The notes beneath the pieces were generated by a model that was given only the letters and a program-made list of their open reading frames with translations, ran no database searches and was not told where the DNA came from. From Syncephalis fuscata S228 (Eukaryota > Fungi > Zoopagomycota), in assembly GCA_025786725.1 (NCBI GenBank), contig JAHLTZ010000008.1, positions 372,001 to 436,000 of the forward strand: 64,000 nucleotides of DNA, in the 5' to 3' direction. Of this stretch, positions 14,086-29,910 are shown in pieces. Each line of letters starts with the position of its first letter. Position 1 is the first letter of the stretch. A program made the position numbers and the translations under genes.

Positions 14086-15178
14086 CTCGAAATAGCTAGC
14101 ATATTCTAATGTATGATTAAACGTTTATACATATTTAATAAAATTCATTGTTTTTATACGATTATAAATACAGTGTGATAATTTGTTTTTATTCAAATAT
14201 TCGTCTTTAAACCTGATAAGCCTTTATTTTAATACGTTAGCTTTCACATTTTTACTATTTTGTTTGAACAAAATAATAAACGGATGGCCAAAGTTATATC
14301 AGTCTTGAATAGTCTATAATATTATTGTTAGTATTTATAAATTCTTACTATAAATTTAATAAAGGATTGTTAATTTTTAGCAAAAGATATAATAAAGTAA
14401 TAAATGGCTAATGCAAAGTTAGCTAAATAAATGTGTTAGTCGAATCTAACCATTACTGATAGACTGGATGACAAATAGTCTCAAATGCAACAATATAAAA
14501 TTGAATTCAAAACCAAAAGATAAACAATTTTTATTAAAATGTAAATAATAGCGCCATTCTATATTAAATGGTCGATTAACAATATTAAGCAAAAAGTTAA
14601 ACTTATTATTTGTTCGCTGTCTTTTTAATGGCTAATTGGATACTAGCCTACTTAAAGGCATATAATACTTATGCAATGGATTGTATGGTCCATTATAATT
14701 AGTATGTTTTTTACAGAAGATGTGAGGAGATTATGTAATGGCCGAACATTGATATCGATCCTATATAATCATGTCAAGCTAGATACTATGTCGCGTGCTG
14801 ATATAAAAAGCGACATTAGTAAAAATTATACACTGTTATTATGGATAATTAATACAGAAGGTAAACTGTGGCAATGGGATATTATTATGTATTTCACCTT
14901 ATAGCTATATAGTCACTAAAATATGATTAAACTAGTGTTGAATTAAGTGTACACTACTGATTATATCTCTGGCATGATCACTTCATGGTATTTCTATTGG
15001 TCTGTGAGTAATTACAAATAATCGTGGTTTTAAATTTTTAAAATTTACTGCTTTTTACGTTCAAGGCGTTTGGTTGTGTAAAAGCTTTTTTATTCCAATA
15101 TATCGATAAAAACGTAACAAACACATCTTTTGCAGCAACAATTAACAGTAATACTATTAGAACTTGTCTACTTTAGCA

Positions 15179-16931
15179 ATGGCAGCACATTCTAATAAAG
15201 AAAAAGGTATACAGCTAAATTACTCGTAATGTTCAAAGACGGGTAGTTTACTAACAGAACACTTGTAGGACAAGCTGTATATTCTACGCTGTCTGTTTTT
15301 GGGCTGCCTGCGAACTTGCACAGCTGTGGCATTTGTTACGAACCATTTATTACAAATGCTGCAACAACGAGTGCCAGTACTGCACCCAACCATGGACAAT
15401 ATCTTGCTTGTTTGCATTCATATTGCGATCCATGCCTATCCACCTATGTCTCCACAAAGCTACAGGGTAATGTCAATCCATTTCCGCTGCACTGTCCCGA
15501 GCCGGAGTGTTTATTCGAAGTGGCTGATAAACATATTAAGTCTATTCTATCGAATAAAGACTATGATTTGTGGATACGCAAGAAGGCTGAGAGTGACATG
15601 TGCGGTAAGGTGAGTTGATGTCGATGAATTATAGCATAGATACAAATGCATATGATATTACAGATGTATTGTCCTAACAAACGATGCAGCGAGCTGTTAA
15701 CAGTAGCTAATTTGTCAAAAGCCGACAATTGCTTGGCGGCATGCACAAGTTGTTACCATGCAATTTGCGTTAGATGTAAGCGCCTCTGGCATAATGGTAA
15801 GAATTGGTGTTTATTTATTTAATCTATACACTAATAATTGTCACTAACAACTAGGCTACTCTTGTAAAGAATATAGCCAGCTTTCGACCAAAGAAAGGCT
15901 TGCTGACGATTATGATGTGCTGGTAATGGCTCAAAGCAACAAATGGCGTCGATGCACAAAATGCAAAACATTAGTTGAGCTGAAATACGGTTGTAATCAT
16001 ATTACCTGTCATTGTGGCCATCAATTGTAGGTGGAAAAATACAACTGGCTAAATTATAATCTCATTTTTTATAGTTGCTACAAATGTGGCGAAGACTGGG
16101 ATCTTATGAAAAAGCTGTGTAGCTCGGGAGGATGTGAGCTATGGGATGAGGATATGTTAGTAAGGGCACGGGTGAGCAAGTACCAGACCCACAGCCACAA
16201 ATACAGCAACAAATACAACAAAACATACAACGGATACATCAAATCATCAGATACAACAAGAAGTACGACAACGAATACAACAACAACAGCCACAACCACA
16301 GCGACAACAGCCACAGCCACAGCGACAACAGCCACAACCACAAATGCAACGACAACAGCCGCAACAAATTCTTTTTCTCCCAACTTTAATGCTAGATGAG
16401 CCAGTGAAGCGAGACTTAGGCGTAGATTTAAGATATATCGAGGCACTTCCTAGAACTATGATATCTAAATGGCTATATAGTAGTGTGCATGGATGCTATT
16501 GCGGCTATTGTGATAAGGACTTTATTAATTTACATGCATTGCAACAACACTTGGAGACTGTTCGTTCGCATGATGTCTACTATTGCTGTGGTAAATTATT
16601 CCCAAATGAACAGTCTTTTCAAATGCATCAAGACAGTAGCGGATGCCAAAACAATTCTGATGCTGGTGATGAATTAGTTAAACGAGATTTAGGCGTACAT
16701 TTGAGTTATATCGAGGCACTTCCTAGAACTATGATATCTAAATGGCTATATAGTAGTGTACATGGATGCTATTGCGGCTATTGTGATAAGGACTTTATTA
16801 ATTTACATGCATTGCAACAACACCTGGAGACTGTCCGTTCGCATGATGTCTACTATTGCTGTGGTAAATTATTCCCAAATGAACATTCTCTTCAAATGCA
16901 TCAAGATAGTAGCGGATGCCTAATGATTTGA
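15179..16931 (+). CDS. RBR (RING-IBR-RING) E3 ubiquitin ligase with Q-rich linker and duplicated C-terminal zinc-finger module
   Basis: CGICYE..CLHSYCDPC..HCPEPEC (RING1); YCPNKRC..CTSCYHAICVRCKRLWH (IBR); RRCTKCKTLVELKYGCNHITCHCGHQFCYKC (RING2). Confidence 0.88.
16395..16920 (+). repeat. Two tandem copies of a 273-bp (91-codon period) zinc-finger module
   Basis: 16395-16647 and 16668-16920 are nearly identical (DE.VKRDLGV.L.YIEALPRTMISKWLY...CGYC...HLETVRSH..YCCGK..F...HQDSSGC). Confidence 0.95.
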
Positions 16932-17555
16932 CTCTGTCTAAATGACATTTATTTATTTCTAACGACATACATATATGCTAATAAACAAGAGACTCATACA
17001 ATTAGCAATTATTATCGCATGAGTCCGCTGTTTTAGGCATTAGCTTATTGTCAGCCTCAGTTACAATAGATGTATCAATCCATTTCAGCTATTTATTTGT
17101 CAGTATTTACGATGAATACAAAGCGTCATTCTTCTTCTTACCCAAGTATGACACACGTGAAATAGATCGCGTGGTAATTACTTATACGTTGGCAATTATG
17201 TGCCAAACGTTCAGTCTCTTTTTCCAAAACTGATATATGCTGCTCCAAATCTATTTGTAGTTAATTACCAATAGAGTTAAATGAATAGTATATCAATAAA
17301 TAAAACAAACCTTGCAATTGCTTTTCCATTTTAATAAATGTCAGTGAAATGAAGGTAAGGTGCGAGAGTGTACAACCTTAACATTTGTAACGCAGACAGG
17401 TTGCCTTGGCCTCATCTCATTTCTTACGCATCACCGCCATCGCCACCACCACTATTACCGCTACCGTTCTGTTTCTACTATTAGTATCCATCAAGCGTAT
17501 ATAGCAATCTGTACCCGTTGACTCTTGTACTCGTTTTTATTGTTTAAATTGAAAT

Positions 17556-18925
17556 ATGCCTTCAGATAGCGGCTTGGCACCGCTAAGTGGCGTATCTGCA
17601 ATATGTACCGCGGTAGACCCGTATGCCGCTTCCTTTCGACCCATCGACCGTGAAATCTCCGCCGACACACGTCGTCTTTTAATCTATGCACAATTGGGAA
17701 ATCTTTCAGGTATTAAGCGGCTGTTGGCCAGTGGACGTGCACCGCCAAATTTACGCGCTATTAATCCGTCTGATGGATGGTAAGTTCAAGCCGTTAAATT
17801 ATGGCATCGATAGTACAGAATCAATTATATTTAACTGATTTATAATATTATAGGACTACATTGATGCTAGCAGTACTTAATGGTCATGTCGATTTGGTTA
17901 AATTTATTCTTGAAAGAGGACATGACGATAATCGTCTTTCCCAGGTACTAATACAATCTATATCTATATTAATTAATACTCGGCTAACAGTATTTAAGAG
18001 CTATTCTATGAAAACTGTATTAGTATTGGCCGCTGAAAAGAATCACCAGGAAGTAAGTAATTTAGTTTATAGTAATTGATGTAATTAAGCAACTGTTTAT
18101 TACAGATATTTATTATGTACGCCTATCGATATCCACATTGTATGAGTATGACGGATGAGTTTGGTCGGACACCATTGATGTATGCTGCCAAACACGGTTG
18201 TGACGGCATTGTTGAGGTAATTTAGTCGATGAATATAATGAAGTAGTTTGTTGAATTAAAACTACTCCAGTTTCTACTTGATTCTGGTCTAGGCCCCGAT
18301 GATGTTGATGAAGATGGATCGACAGCATTGCATTTGTAAGTAAAGTAAATAAAGCATAAACTGAATTGATAATAACGATTTGCTAAATGTAACCACTAGT
18401 GCTTCGGCATTTGGCCATATCAAGGTAGTTTGGCTGGTATACATTAAATAGCAATCACTTATACACTATATAGACCATTAGACTGCTCGTGATACGTGGC
18501 TGTCGGTATGCCACCCGGAATCGAACGGGCTGGTCGGCAACCGATTGGGCCTACTCTCCACTGGTTCAGGCTGAATTAGAAAGTAAGCTATTTGTTGTAT
18601 TTTATTGAATCAATATTAATGGTAAATAGAATGTGCCGTGGACGAGTTCGAAAGAAGAAGAAACAACGTGAAGCGACATGGACGACGAGATACCAACGAA
18701 TCGGTACAAAGAAGGCTATCGGCCACCAGCTATACGTTATCGGCATCTTCACCGTTAATGGCAGATCGTCAGCCGAATCTATTGCCATTGTCTCGTCATC
18801 GATCACCCATGTCAGCATCGAGTGCAGTTGGTCCGGGTAGTCGACCAATGCCAATACCATTGTCGAAATCACCAAGTAACTCTCATCGTCGCCAGGCATC
18901 TAAATCTGATCCAATTCCAAATTGA
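17556..18925 (+). CDS. Ankyrin-repeat protein with S/P-rich tail
   Basis: LIYAQLGNL, TTLMLAVLNGHVDLV, GRTPLMYAAKHG and DEDGSTALH motifs across multiple short exons. Confidence 0.85.
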
Positions 18926-18957
18926 TTGTATTTTTTGTTTATAGTATATAAAATGAA

Positions 18958-20752
<1,795 letters not shown>

Positions 20753-21780
20753 AGTGTTTTTTAAAACAAACGTCGGGATATTTTGTCGATTGTTTTCGTT
20801 ATGCCTTTTTCAAATAAAACTATGCTGCTAAGTATTTTCCAATAAGTCAAAATAACAGCATATCTACAATTCAGGTTTTAGAAGTAGAATGATACTAGCG
20901 TTTACTGTTAACTAGCATTGGTTAAATACTAGTGGTAGTCATGGTATATAAATGCAACTATTTTAATGGATATGTATTGTTTTTAAAATCTGCACAATAG
21001 TTACTTCTTAGTGACCAAACTTCAAAATAAACGCATTATTGTTTTTAAGTTATTATGTAGAAACGATTCAAAGCGTTTAATTGGCTGCTCTTATTTAATG
21101 TTACTATTAGTGAAAACGTTTTTGCAATCTCATGCAATACTATATACAGTAACATTATTATTTGTATTGGCACTGTACACTTTAAAATATAATATATTTT
21201 AATAACATACCTCATATATTTTAATAATACATTATGCTATTTATAGGTAGTATAATATTACGCTGTCATTTTTATTATATATTAGCCTATGCTGTGATAA
21301 CAGCAACATTCAAATAGAAGCGGTATAGTATTGATAAATAGTGCTATTTGAATCAGTAAAAAATAAACATGCTGTTACATAGCGTTACTACCAATGTAAC
21401 AAATTAACGCCACATATTACCGACTAACTGACAGTCAAGCATGGAAAGTACTAATAATGATAATTGCTTATACATAGATTTAGATAGTGGATTCAATAAT
21501 TATAAGGTAAATTAGCAAGCACGTATAAAATACAAGGAATGTAGATATAAAGTGTACAATTTAGTCTGCTAGTTACTGTAATATAATTTCTTTATAGAAG
21601 ACATATAGCCGCATCTACTTGATAATATAACGTGCTTGAATAATGCTATCTATTATAAAATATTTTTTTTACAATTAACATACATATGTGCAACATCATT
21701 ATTTTAGCATAGGTTACAAAAGCATATTTTATTTAACTTTTAGTATATTAGCTAGCACGCTGTGTACCAATATGTCAGTT

Positions 21781-23154
21781 TTATTTACATAACACAATGT
21801 TGGCTCGTTTGCACACAGCTTCACGACTTTTCCGACCTTGCTTAGTACGGACCGCTGCGATCCATACAACATTTCCTCAAGCGGCTATACCAAAAGTAGA
21901 GCAACATAATGCTAATCAGTCGCCCAATAGTCCTTCATTTGACCCGAAAGATTCCGCAGAATTAGCAGCCCGAGCCGCTAGTCTGCAGCTTTTTATGTCG
22001 CGTTGGGCTTCGGAACTGTTTCATAAGCAACAGATCGAAAAGAACGAGCGGTATGAGCAAAGTAAGTTATTTTTATTAATGCCACTGTACAGTATAGAGC
22101 AACACGTCTATTAACGCGTATTGTAGACGAACAGCTTGTCAATGCTAGCGAGGCAATAACAAGCACTGCCATTGTTACCGATATAGTTGATTTTATGACG
22201 GAGGAGGTAATGCTAAAGATAATATATCCACTCACTTCTCATTACGAATAACTAGGAGCGATCATTAATTATGAACAAATTTGGCACTTGGGACGAAGAT
22301 ACGCTAATGAAGCATATGTGGGGCTGGGAAGCAATGGGTGAATACTTTATACTATTAATTTGAAATAAGCATTATTAAACGCGTATCAATTAGGCACTTT
22401 GTTATGGAAATTAGGTGTTATACCCGAAATACCAAGTTATTGTGAAACGTTCGACAGGAAAGAGCTACTGATATCGACGCAAATCCAATCAAAGCAACCG
22501 GAAACACTTGCAATGTTTATCGACCGTGTTACTTCAAATGACGTACAAGCACCTGAGGACAATGCAGTAGTGTGTGCCGGAGCAGTGGCCGAGATATGGT
22601 ATTGGCGCTCGACTGCCCATAGCTTGCTTCAGTTGCAGCAAGCATCGGCATCTAACAAGGCTCATGCATCGGGACTATCGCTTAATAGGCTGCCACCAAA
22701 GTTTCGTGAAATGATACGTGGACTTCCGCAAGAGATTACCTCGATGACTGCCCGTGCCCACGCTAATGGCATTTTATCTGATAAAATCGACGACGATTTC
22801 GCCGTATCTTTTACGTCCGAAACTACAGGCGAACTATCAGCTCCTATGCCTTATCGATCGATTAACGAGCATCAACACCAAAAGCTTCATGGAATTGCAA
22901 AAACACGCCGTCAAGCATTTGCTTGGATATCAGGTCGTATTCCAGAATGGAATGACACGGTTCCTGGGGAACTGATGCACATTAATCAAAATGATGGTGT
23001 TTGGGCTACACTGAAAGAATGAATAAATAAATGATCATTATTTATGAATACTGATCATCAGTTGATACTATGTTTAATAGCCATTACATTATTAATTAAT
23101 ACACTCTAATGATTTATTGCGTACAATATATAAATTGTATATAATGAAGAATAA
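21781..23154 (+). repeat. Segmental duplication copy 1 (partner 49757-51127)
   Basis: About 1.37 kb nearly identical to 49757-51127. Confidence 0.97.
21797..23022 (+). CDS. DUF4272-like protein with mitochondrial-type presequence, copy 1 (appears intact)
   Basis: Spliced reading MTEEERSLIMNKFGTWDEDTLMKHMWGWEAMGTLLWKLG resembles the DUF4272 W-x-x-E-A..L-L-W-x-L-G motif; RRQAFAWI..W near the end. Three GT-AG introns (~22062-22126, 22207-22255, ~22338-22393). Confidence 0.65.
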
Positions 23155-24893
23155 AACTAGAACACATTCTATTTGCAAAAGTACGCTTTAACACTTGCTG
23201 TCAAATTCACTTTTTAAAAATTCGCTAAGCTTACGTGTTAAGGTTTATTGTTTTTATTAATGTTAGAAGTTTTAGCAGTGTAGCTTAGACATTAAATGTA
23301 CATTAGTGCAATGTATTAATTATTCTTGTTGCTTTAAATCACTTGCGCTTTTTTATGCACTTGCTGAACATTCGAATATCATCACTTTGTTACATAACCA
23401 ATAAATTAGGTTTGTAGTATGTGGATATGTTGTGTAATAGCAAAATTTAAATAGATTAGTGTTTTCAGGCTATGCATATTTTCTTGAATTGCTATTACTA
23501 TGTCATTTTTACAAATACTGATGGTTTTATTGAAGACAAATTATAATAGCTTGGATTTTTTTTTAAGCAACATGAGCGCCATATAACCATATAGAAATAT
23601 CCTGGTTGGTATAAGCTGTATTTGCATGATGCTCTTTAAAATCTTTGTTTTTCTGGTGTAACTCCATTTAATTATTCTTATGGCAGCAATCTTATTGATA
23701 TTGTCGTATACATAGCGTGCTATTTACAACAAACAGTATTTATTCAATTGCAACTACCATAGATTTAAATAGCGTTTAACTCACAACCAACATTGGACTT
23801 TATTAACTTTCTCACACAATTCTCTCTCTACATTGCTCTCCACTATATATCACCTACTTTTAGCTCATTTCTTAGTTTAATAAATTAATATTTGTCATAG
23901 GTTGTAAATTACATGGCAAACTATTATTAGCAATACTTGCATATGTTACTGGTTGAACATTGTCAATAGAAATAAGGGCATGACAATTAATATTAGTAAT
24001 ATTTATGTATTCTACTTAACAAGCAATTTTATAACAATAAATACATTACGCCATAATAAATCTACTGAGTTAAACCTTTAGTCTTGTTTTTATTTATAAC
24101 TGCTATTGATATATATCCATAAATAATTGAATAGTTGGATACTAAGCAAAGCAAAGATATAAGGAATAATAAAAGCATAACGAAGCTACAGCAATTATAA
24201 TGGAAGATGATCAGCAATTATATGATGGAAAATGCCTATTATGTTTTTGTATTGTTATTATGAGTATATAGAATGTAAATCGGCATATCAAATCAATTGC
24301 AATTAGGATTCCTGAACACTTTTAACCGTATTGACACGTGATAAAATGCATATCTTTTATACCGTTGCATGAATACACTGTAATGTAGCTCAATAGTAAA
24401 AATGCTTTAGAATGTACACTATAAATCCATAACATATCAAATCACATAGTAAACTCTTTGCATTATATACTTGAACATAATATAGCGCCAAGTCAACAAA
24501 CATTTCTTATATTAAAAAAGTATTAATTCCAATAAACAAATTGAAGAAATTGAATAAAAAGGTAAGATTAAAGAAACGGTTTGATGAATAAATGGAAAGT
24601 AAAAGCGGTGATGTAGATTGTCACTTGTGCAATTGACAAATAGTATACTACTGCTGTACACAGCTATATTCTTTTTTATATGTAATAATATGCTTATTAA
24701 TACTTGATTGGATGCTTACTAATACTTTTAGTGAGTTTTCATATTAAGCATGCTTGCGTTTTATTATAAAAGATGAAACTGTTGTGGAACAGTGGCCGTC
24801 ATCATTTGCAAAACATTGCTTTTTCGTCTGCTCGTGTTTTTCTGTTTCTCTACTGTCATTACTTATATGGTATATAGCAACACTAAGTCTACG

Positions 24894-26342
24894 ATGCAGG
24901 CCGTTATTCTACTTGAACCTACCTCCAGTGGTGCTGACGAACCGGTGAAGCGCTACCCAATTAAAACGCTAACGGTACCCATTCCTATTCCAAAACCAGG
25001 ACAAGCACTTATCAAACTACCGCTGCTGCCCTCAACCACCGGTAAATAATACTTACAGTTTAATACTTATACCAACGCTTTGATGCCATGATACTTAGTG
25101 ATGAATGGATTCGACGTGGACTTTATCCCGGTATCAAAGTACGCTAGAGAAGTAGATACCAGTCGATATGTTAACTGTTAATGCTAGTTTAACTCGATTC
25201 TTGGTGCTGACGGTACTGGACAAGTAGTGAGTCCATCAAGTCTTGGTATTCAGGTCGATCCAAGTGTAGAGGAAAATCCACGCTATAAGGAACTTTTGAA
25301 CAAGCGCGTTGTTATCCAACCTGGCGTTGGATGGGACAAGAATCCACGCAAACCTGAACAGTTCTTTTCCATTATGGGACTACTGCCAAATGCTGGTAAG
25401 TTAAAGGTAGCTTTATTGAATAAACATTAATGGTTATTGTATTTATTAGGAACATTTGCTGAATACGTGGCAGTATCAGTCAATGACATCTTCCTGGCTC
25501 CAGAGCATTTGAACGATGCAGAGGCTGCTGCACTACCACTAGCCCATTTGACCGCTTATCGGTAACTTTATTTATTCTAGCTGCTATCCATTACTTATCA
25601 AATCATTTACAGTGCTGTCGTAACAAAAGGAGAAGTAGCTCGTGGCGATCGCGTCCTTATTACGGGTATTGGTAACTAGCCAACAGCAATAACATTAAAA
25701 TGTTGCTGACTATTAATCAATGGTATTATAGGTGGAGGTGTGGCTTTGGCTGCCCTTAGAATCTGTCTAGCAATTGGTGCCGAATGCTACGTCACTAGTT
25801 CATCGCCAGAGAAGATCAAGCGTGCCGTTGAAATGGGTGCCAAAGCTGGTGTAAATTATCGAGATGGCAAGTGTAGCCAACACATTTGTACTATAGCATA
25901 TTTACTTTTTATTTAGATAAATACTTGAATGTATTAAAAGAAACTATATCTGGCCAAATAGATGCCGTTATCGATGGTGCTGGTGGTGATTTCGGTCCAC
26001 TATGCAAACTACTCAACGTTGGTGCACGTATTGTCTGCTATGGAGGCACCGAAACAGGCGCCATGTCTATTAATATGCTGGGTGTTATAAAGAATGTCGA
26101 ACTACGTGGCTCTACCATGGGTAGTCGCCATGAATTTGGTGAGATGGTTCAGTTTGTAGCTAAACATCGTCTGCCAGTTGACGTTGACACAGTCATTGAC
26201 GGCCTGGATCATGCAACTGAGGCATTTGACTCCCTGCTGTAAGTAATTTATTTATCCAAAAAGTCTGTATTAACAATCATTTAAATCTATTACATGCTAT
26301 AGCTCCAGTAGTCATTTTGGAAAATTAGTCATTCGCATTTAA
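24894..26342 (+). CDS. Medium-chain dehydrogenase/reductase (quinone oxidoreductase-like)
   Basis: AALNHRDEW, ILGADG, GTFAEYV, AAALPLAHLTAYR, VLITGIGGGVA, LRGSTMGS and HFGKLVI motifs. Confidence 0.92.
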
Positions 26343-26473
26343 ACATGCTTTATCATAGCCAATAACAAACATACTGTCATTCATGCATTTGTAAATAAAA
26401 TAAACAATTCAATGACACAAACAAACACTAGCTTTTCTTTTGGTCCTTTTAAAAGAAATCTTAATTTGATGAT

Positions 26474-27195
26474 TTACTCAAACAGTGGAATATCGCGCAC
26501 GCCATCTCTGTCGGTCACTTTACAGACAAAATCGCCTAGATTAACGATGAAACGACGACGCATTTCTTCGGCGCATAGACGTGCCAAGTGGATCACCTCG
26601 TCAAGTGTCATATCTGGCCTGTGATAGCGATCTAACAATGACATACAATAAAAAGAGCCATAGCCATGACAGGCAAATGGGCACTTAGCCAGAGTAGATA
26701 AGTAGTCAATCCAGTAAAGACCGGCCTGCTCGCCTTCAGGAGCCTTTACATCCACGCCTGCTACCAACAAGTTGACTTGATAAGGGTGCTATAGTTGTTT
26801 TGTTCAGTAATTGTTATGCCAATAGAATAGATAAAAGATTAAAAGGTTTAAAGAGTGGTTAATTAAGTAACACGGATAAGTGTGGGTCAGTCCACTATTC
26901 CGTAACTTACTCGACTGCGAAGTGATTCGGCAAGACTGCCGCGAATAAAGTTGGCAGTGCCGCGTGTACTAAGGTCAACCTGATTGCGGATGCTATACAA
27001 ACGAATATTGGCTTGAATATACTCGGCAAAGCTGATTGTATCGCCTGCCTCGCCTGAAAACACCATATGGCAGTTGGGCGACAATAAGCGGGACTTGTCG
27101 GCATCGGACTTCATCACGGTGATGGAACGAGACACCATTGGATCGGTGACAGTGAGGACAAAGTCCTTGCCGGTAATGCCAAGTAGAAACTCCAT
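26474..27195 (-). CDS. PRE1: 20S proteasome subunit beta-4 (PSMB2)
   Basis: MEFLLGITGKDFV..SGEAGDT..FAEYIQANIRLY..LRSR|PYQVNLL..WIDYL..HGYGSFY..LDR; one intron. Confidence 0.95.
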
Positions 27196-27461
27196 CGTTT
27201 AGGAGTCAGGCGGGTATAGATGGTATAAGTATAGGAGCAGCAGGTGGTGAAAGAAGTGATCGAAGAAAGTAGTAGCGATGAATAATACAACACAAGCTTT
27301 CATAGTCAGTGCTGACGTATCGTTTATTAGATAGACAAGTCCAGGTTTGCTTTAAGCCTAGAAGGTGTTACAAAATAGAAATGATTCATTTTATCGTTTT
27401 TCTTTTTTTTTGTAACTGGGCCCAATTGCCACTATTCATTTTCTTTTACAGCCTGTTTGCC

Positions 27462-29680
27462 ATGTCGGATCGGTTTTTTGCTAAAAAGTCCCGTAAACGC
27501 AGAAATCACGAGGCTGCAGCTGCTGATGGCGATGAGCATGCATCGAAAAGAGGATTGACCAGTTTAGTGGGACGTAGCGGAGGAGGACGTCGGTCGCGTT
27601 TTGGCGATGAAAAAACGACGGCGGTAGTGAATCCCGAGGCAGGTGTTACGACGTCTGGACGGCCTGGAGGCTCTGGCTATCAGCGACACCGTGGCATTAA
27701 CCGAAAAGAAAAGCCGACAAAGCGTAATAATAACAACAACAACTACAATAATGATAACCAAGACGACGACGACGACGACGACGATGCTATGAACGATGGT
27801 ATGGGAATAGATGCAGCCGATTCCGATCTAGAACTGAGCACATCGGATGGAGGACTTGATACGGACGAGGAGCTTGAGCAGAGAGAAACGGAAGCGGAAA
27901 AGCGATTGAGACTTGCCAAGCAGTATATTGACCGTTTACGCACCGAAACAGGTAGGTAGTGATACTAAGCGTAGAACGATGTAATATAGTTTAGTATAAT
28001 AAATACTAATAACTGCGTATGTAATTAAATAGCTCCTGGTGACGATGAAGTAGATGCGGCCGATTTGGATCGTGATATTATTGCAGATCGACTTCGAGAA
28101 GATGCGGTAGGTTGTTTGAATAACATATATAGATAAATGTGTATACTAAATGCTATGATAGTTGGAATCAATCGGCAAACTATATCGAAAAGTGGTAGAT
28201 CAGGTAGATTAGTTATAAGGCATATGTTGGTTAATAATATTAATAATTTATAGCTTGTATTCCCTGTAGATGAGGATAAGATAAAGTCTTTTCGTGGACA
28301 TCAGCTTTCGGTTACATGTGTTGCCGTGTCATCCAATGGTCAATATCTTTATTCTGGATCTAAAGACGGATCAATTGTAAAATGTACTAAAAATAAGCGA
28401 TACCATTAAGCATTTATTAATAAGTTTATTTGATATAGGGGACTTATTTGCTAGTAAAAAGATTAAAGTAATTTCTGGTGGTCGCAAAGGCACTAAAAAC
28501 TATCCTGGCCATACAGATCAAGTAATGGCTTTGGCTATTAGTAGTGATGACAAATATATGGTAAGCTGATTAACTATGAATTCGTAATATGTATTAACAA
28601 TATAATTTATAATAATTAGGCCAGTGGTGGGCGTGACCGTGTAATCCACATATGGTCTGTGGCTGATGATACGCTGCTGACCACGTTCCGACATCATAAG
28701 GATGGTATATCCGGTCTTGCATTCCGCAAGGGCGCCAATCAATTATATTCCGCTTCTCTTGATCGCTCTGTTAAAGTGTGGAATATTGATCAGTTATCTT
28801 ACATTGAAACATTGTAAGTTTAGTGATTAGCTAGCTATGTTGATGATACTAACCAATCTAATAGGTTTGGTCATCAGGATGTTATTACAGGAATTGACAC
28901 ATTAAGCAAGGAACAGTGCATTACAGTTGGTGCTCGTGACCGCACTTTACGTATATGGAAAATTCCCGACGAGACACAGTTAGTATTCCGTGGTGGCGGC
29001 ACAGGCGTAAAAAAGAGTGAAGAGATCAATGATAAAGCTGATTTGCCAATTGAAGGATCAATGGACTGTGTTGCTTTATTAAACGAAGAATACTCGGTAA
29101 CTGGCGGCGATTCTGGTCTATTAGCATTATGGCATATTGGCCGTAAACGACCACTGTACACATGTCCAATGGCTCATGGTGTTGATGAGGAATCTGGATG
29201 TGATCAGCCACGATGGATTACTGCAGTAGCGGCTCTTCCGTACTCAGATTTATTTGCCAGTGGATCGTGGGATGGTAGCGTAAAGTTATGGAAACTATCC
29301 GATGATAAACGTAGCTTTTCTTTGCACGCAACCATTTCAATGGTAAGTATTGATTTGATATGGAAGCTACAAAAGTTGATTATATTTCTTGTGTTTAGCC
29401 TGGTTTTGTAAATGCACTACAATTTGCTGAATTTCAAAATACAAAAATACTCGATGCTACCACCATACAGTTGGTGGTAGGTCTTGGACAAGAGCCCAAG
29501 AACGGTCGCTGGCTACGATTGCCTAAAGCAAAAAACACAACACGTACCGTACAGTTTACATGGAAGGAAGGCGCTACAATACCTCAAGTTGCCGCATTAC
29601 GGCAAAATAGTAAACGACAACGACGAAATGGTAACGATATGGATAGCGATGATGGTGGCCTAGATATTGCCGATTTGTAG
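27462..29680 (+). CDS. RRP9: U3 snoRNP WD40 protein (U3-55K)
   Basis: ETEAEKRLRLAKQY, SGSKDGSIVKW, TLFGHQD, VGARDRTLRIWKIPDETQLVF, PRWITA and GQEPKNGRW motifs. Confidence 0.93.
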
Positions 29681-29910
29681 TCCATTCTATACCATTGACC
29701 AATGCTTAATAAATCTATTTACTAGACTAAACAATATATTATTCACAGAAATCAGTTGCATAAACGTTTAGTGCTATTCAAATAGACAATGATAGGATTA
29801 AAGTTCGTCAGATTAATTATTATTAAATGTGACAAAAATTGATTGTTTTATTAGTGTATAATCAAAATTTAGTGTTGTAAAAGTACAAATAAAATAAATA
29901 ATATATAACG

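Noticed and set aside
16031-16446. Thr-rich (+) and Val/Ala-rich (-) ORFs resembling mucin or TM proteins
   Set aside because: Off-frame readings of the Q/P-rich linker of the RBR gene.
21308-21353. 10-bp inverted repeat attcaaatag/ctatttgaat
   Set aside because: Too short and AT-rich to be distinguished from chance.
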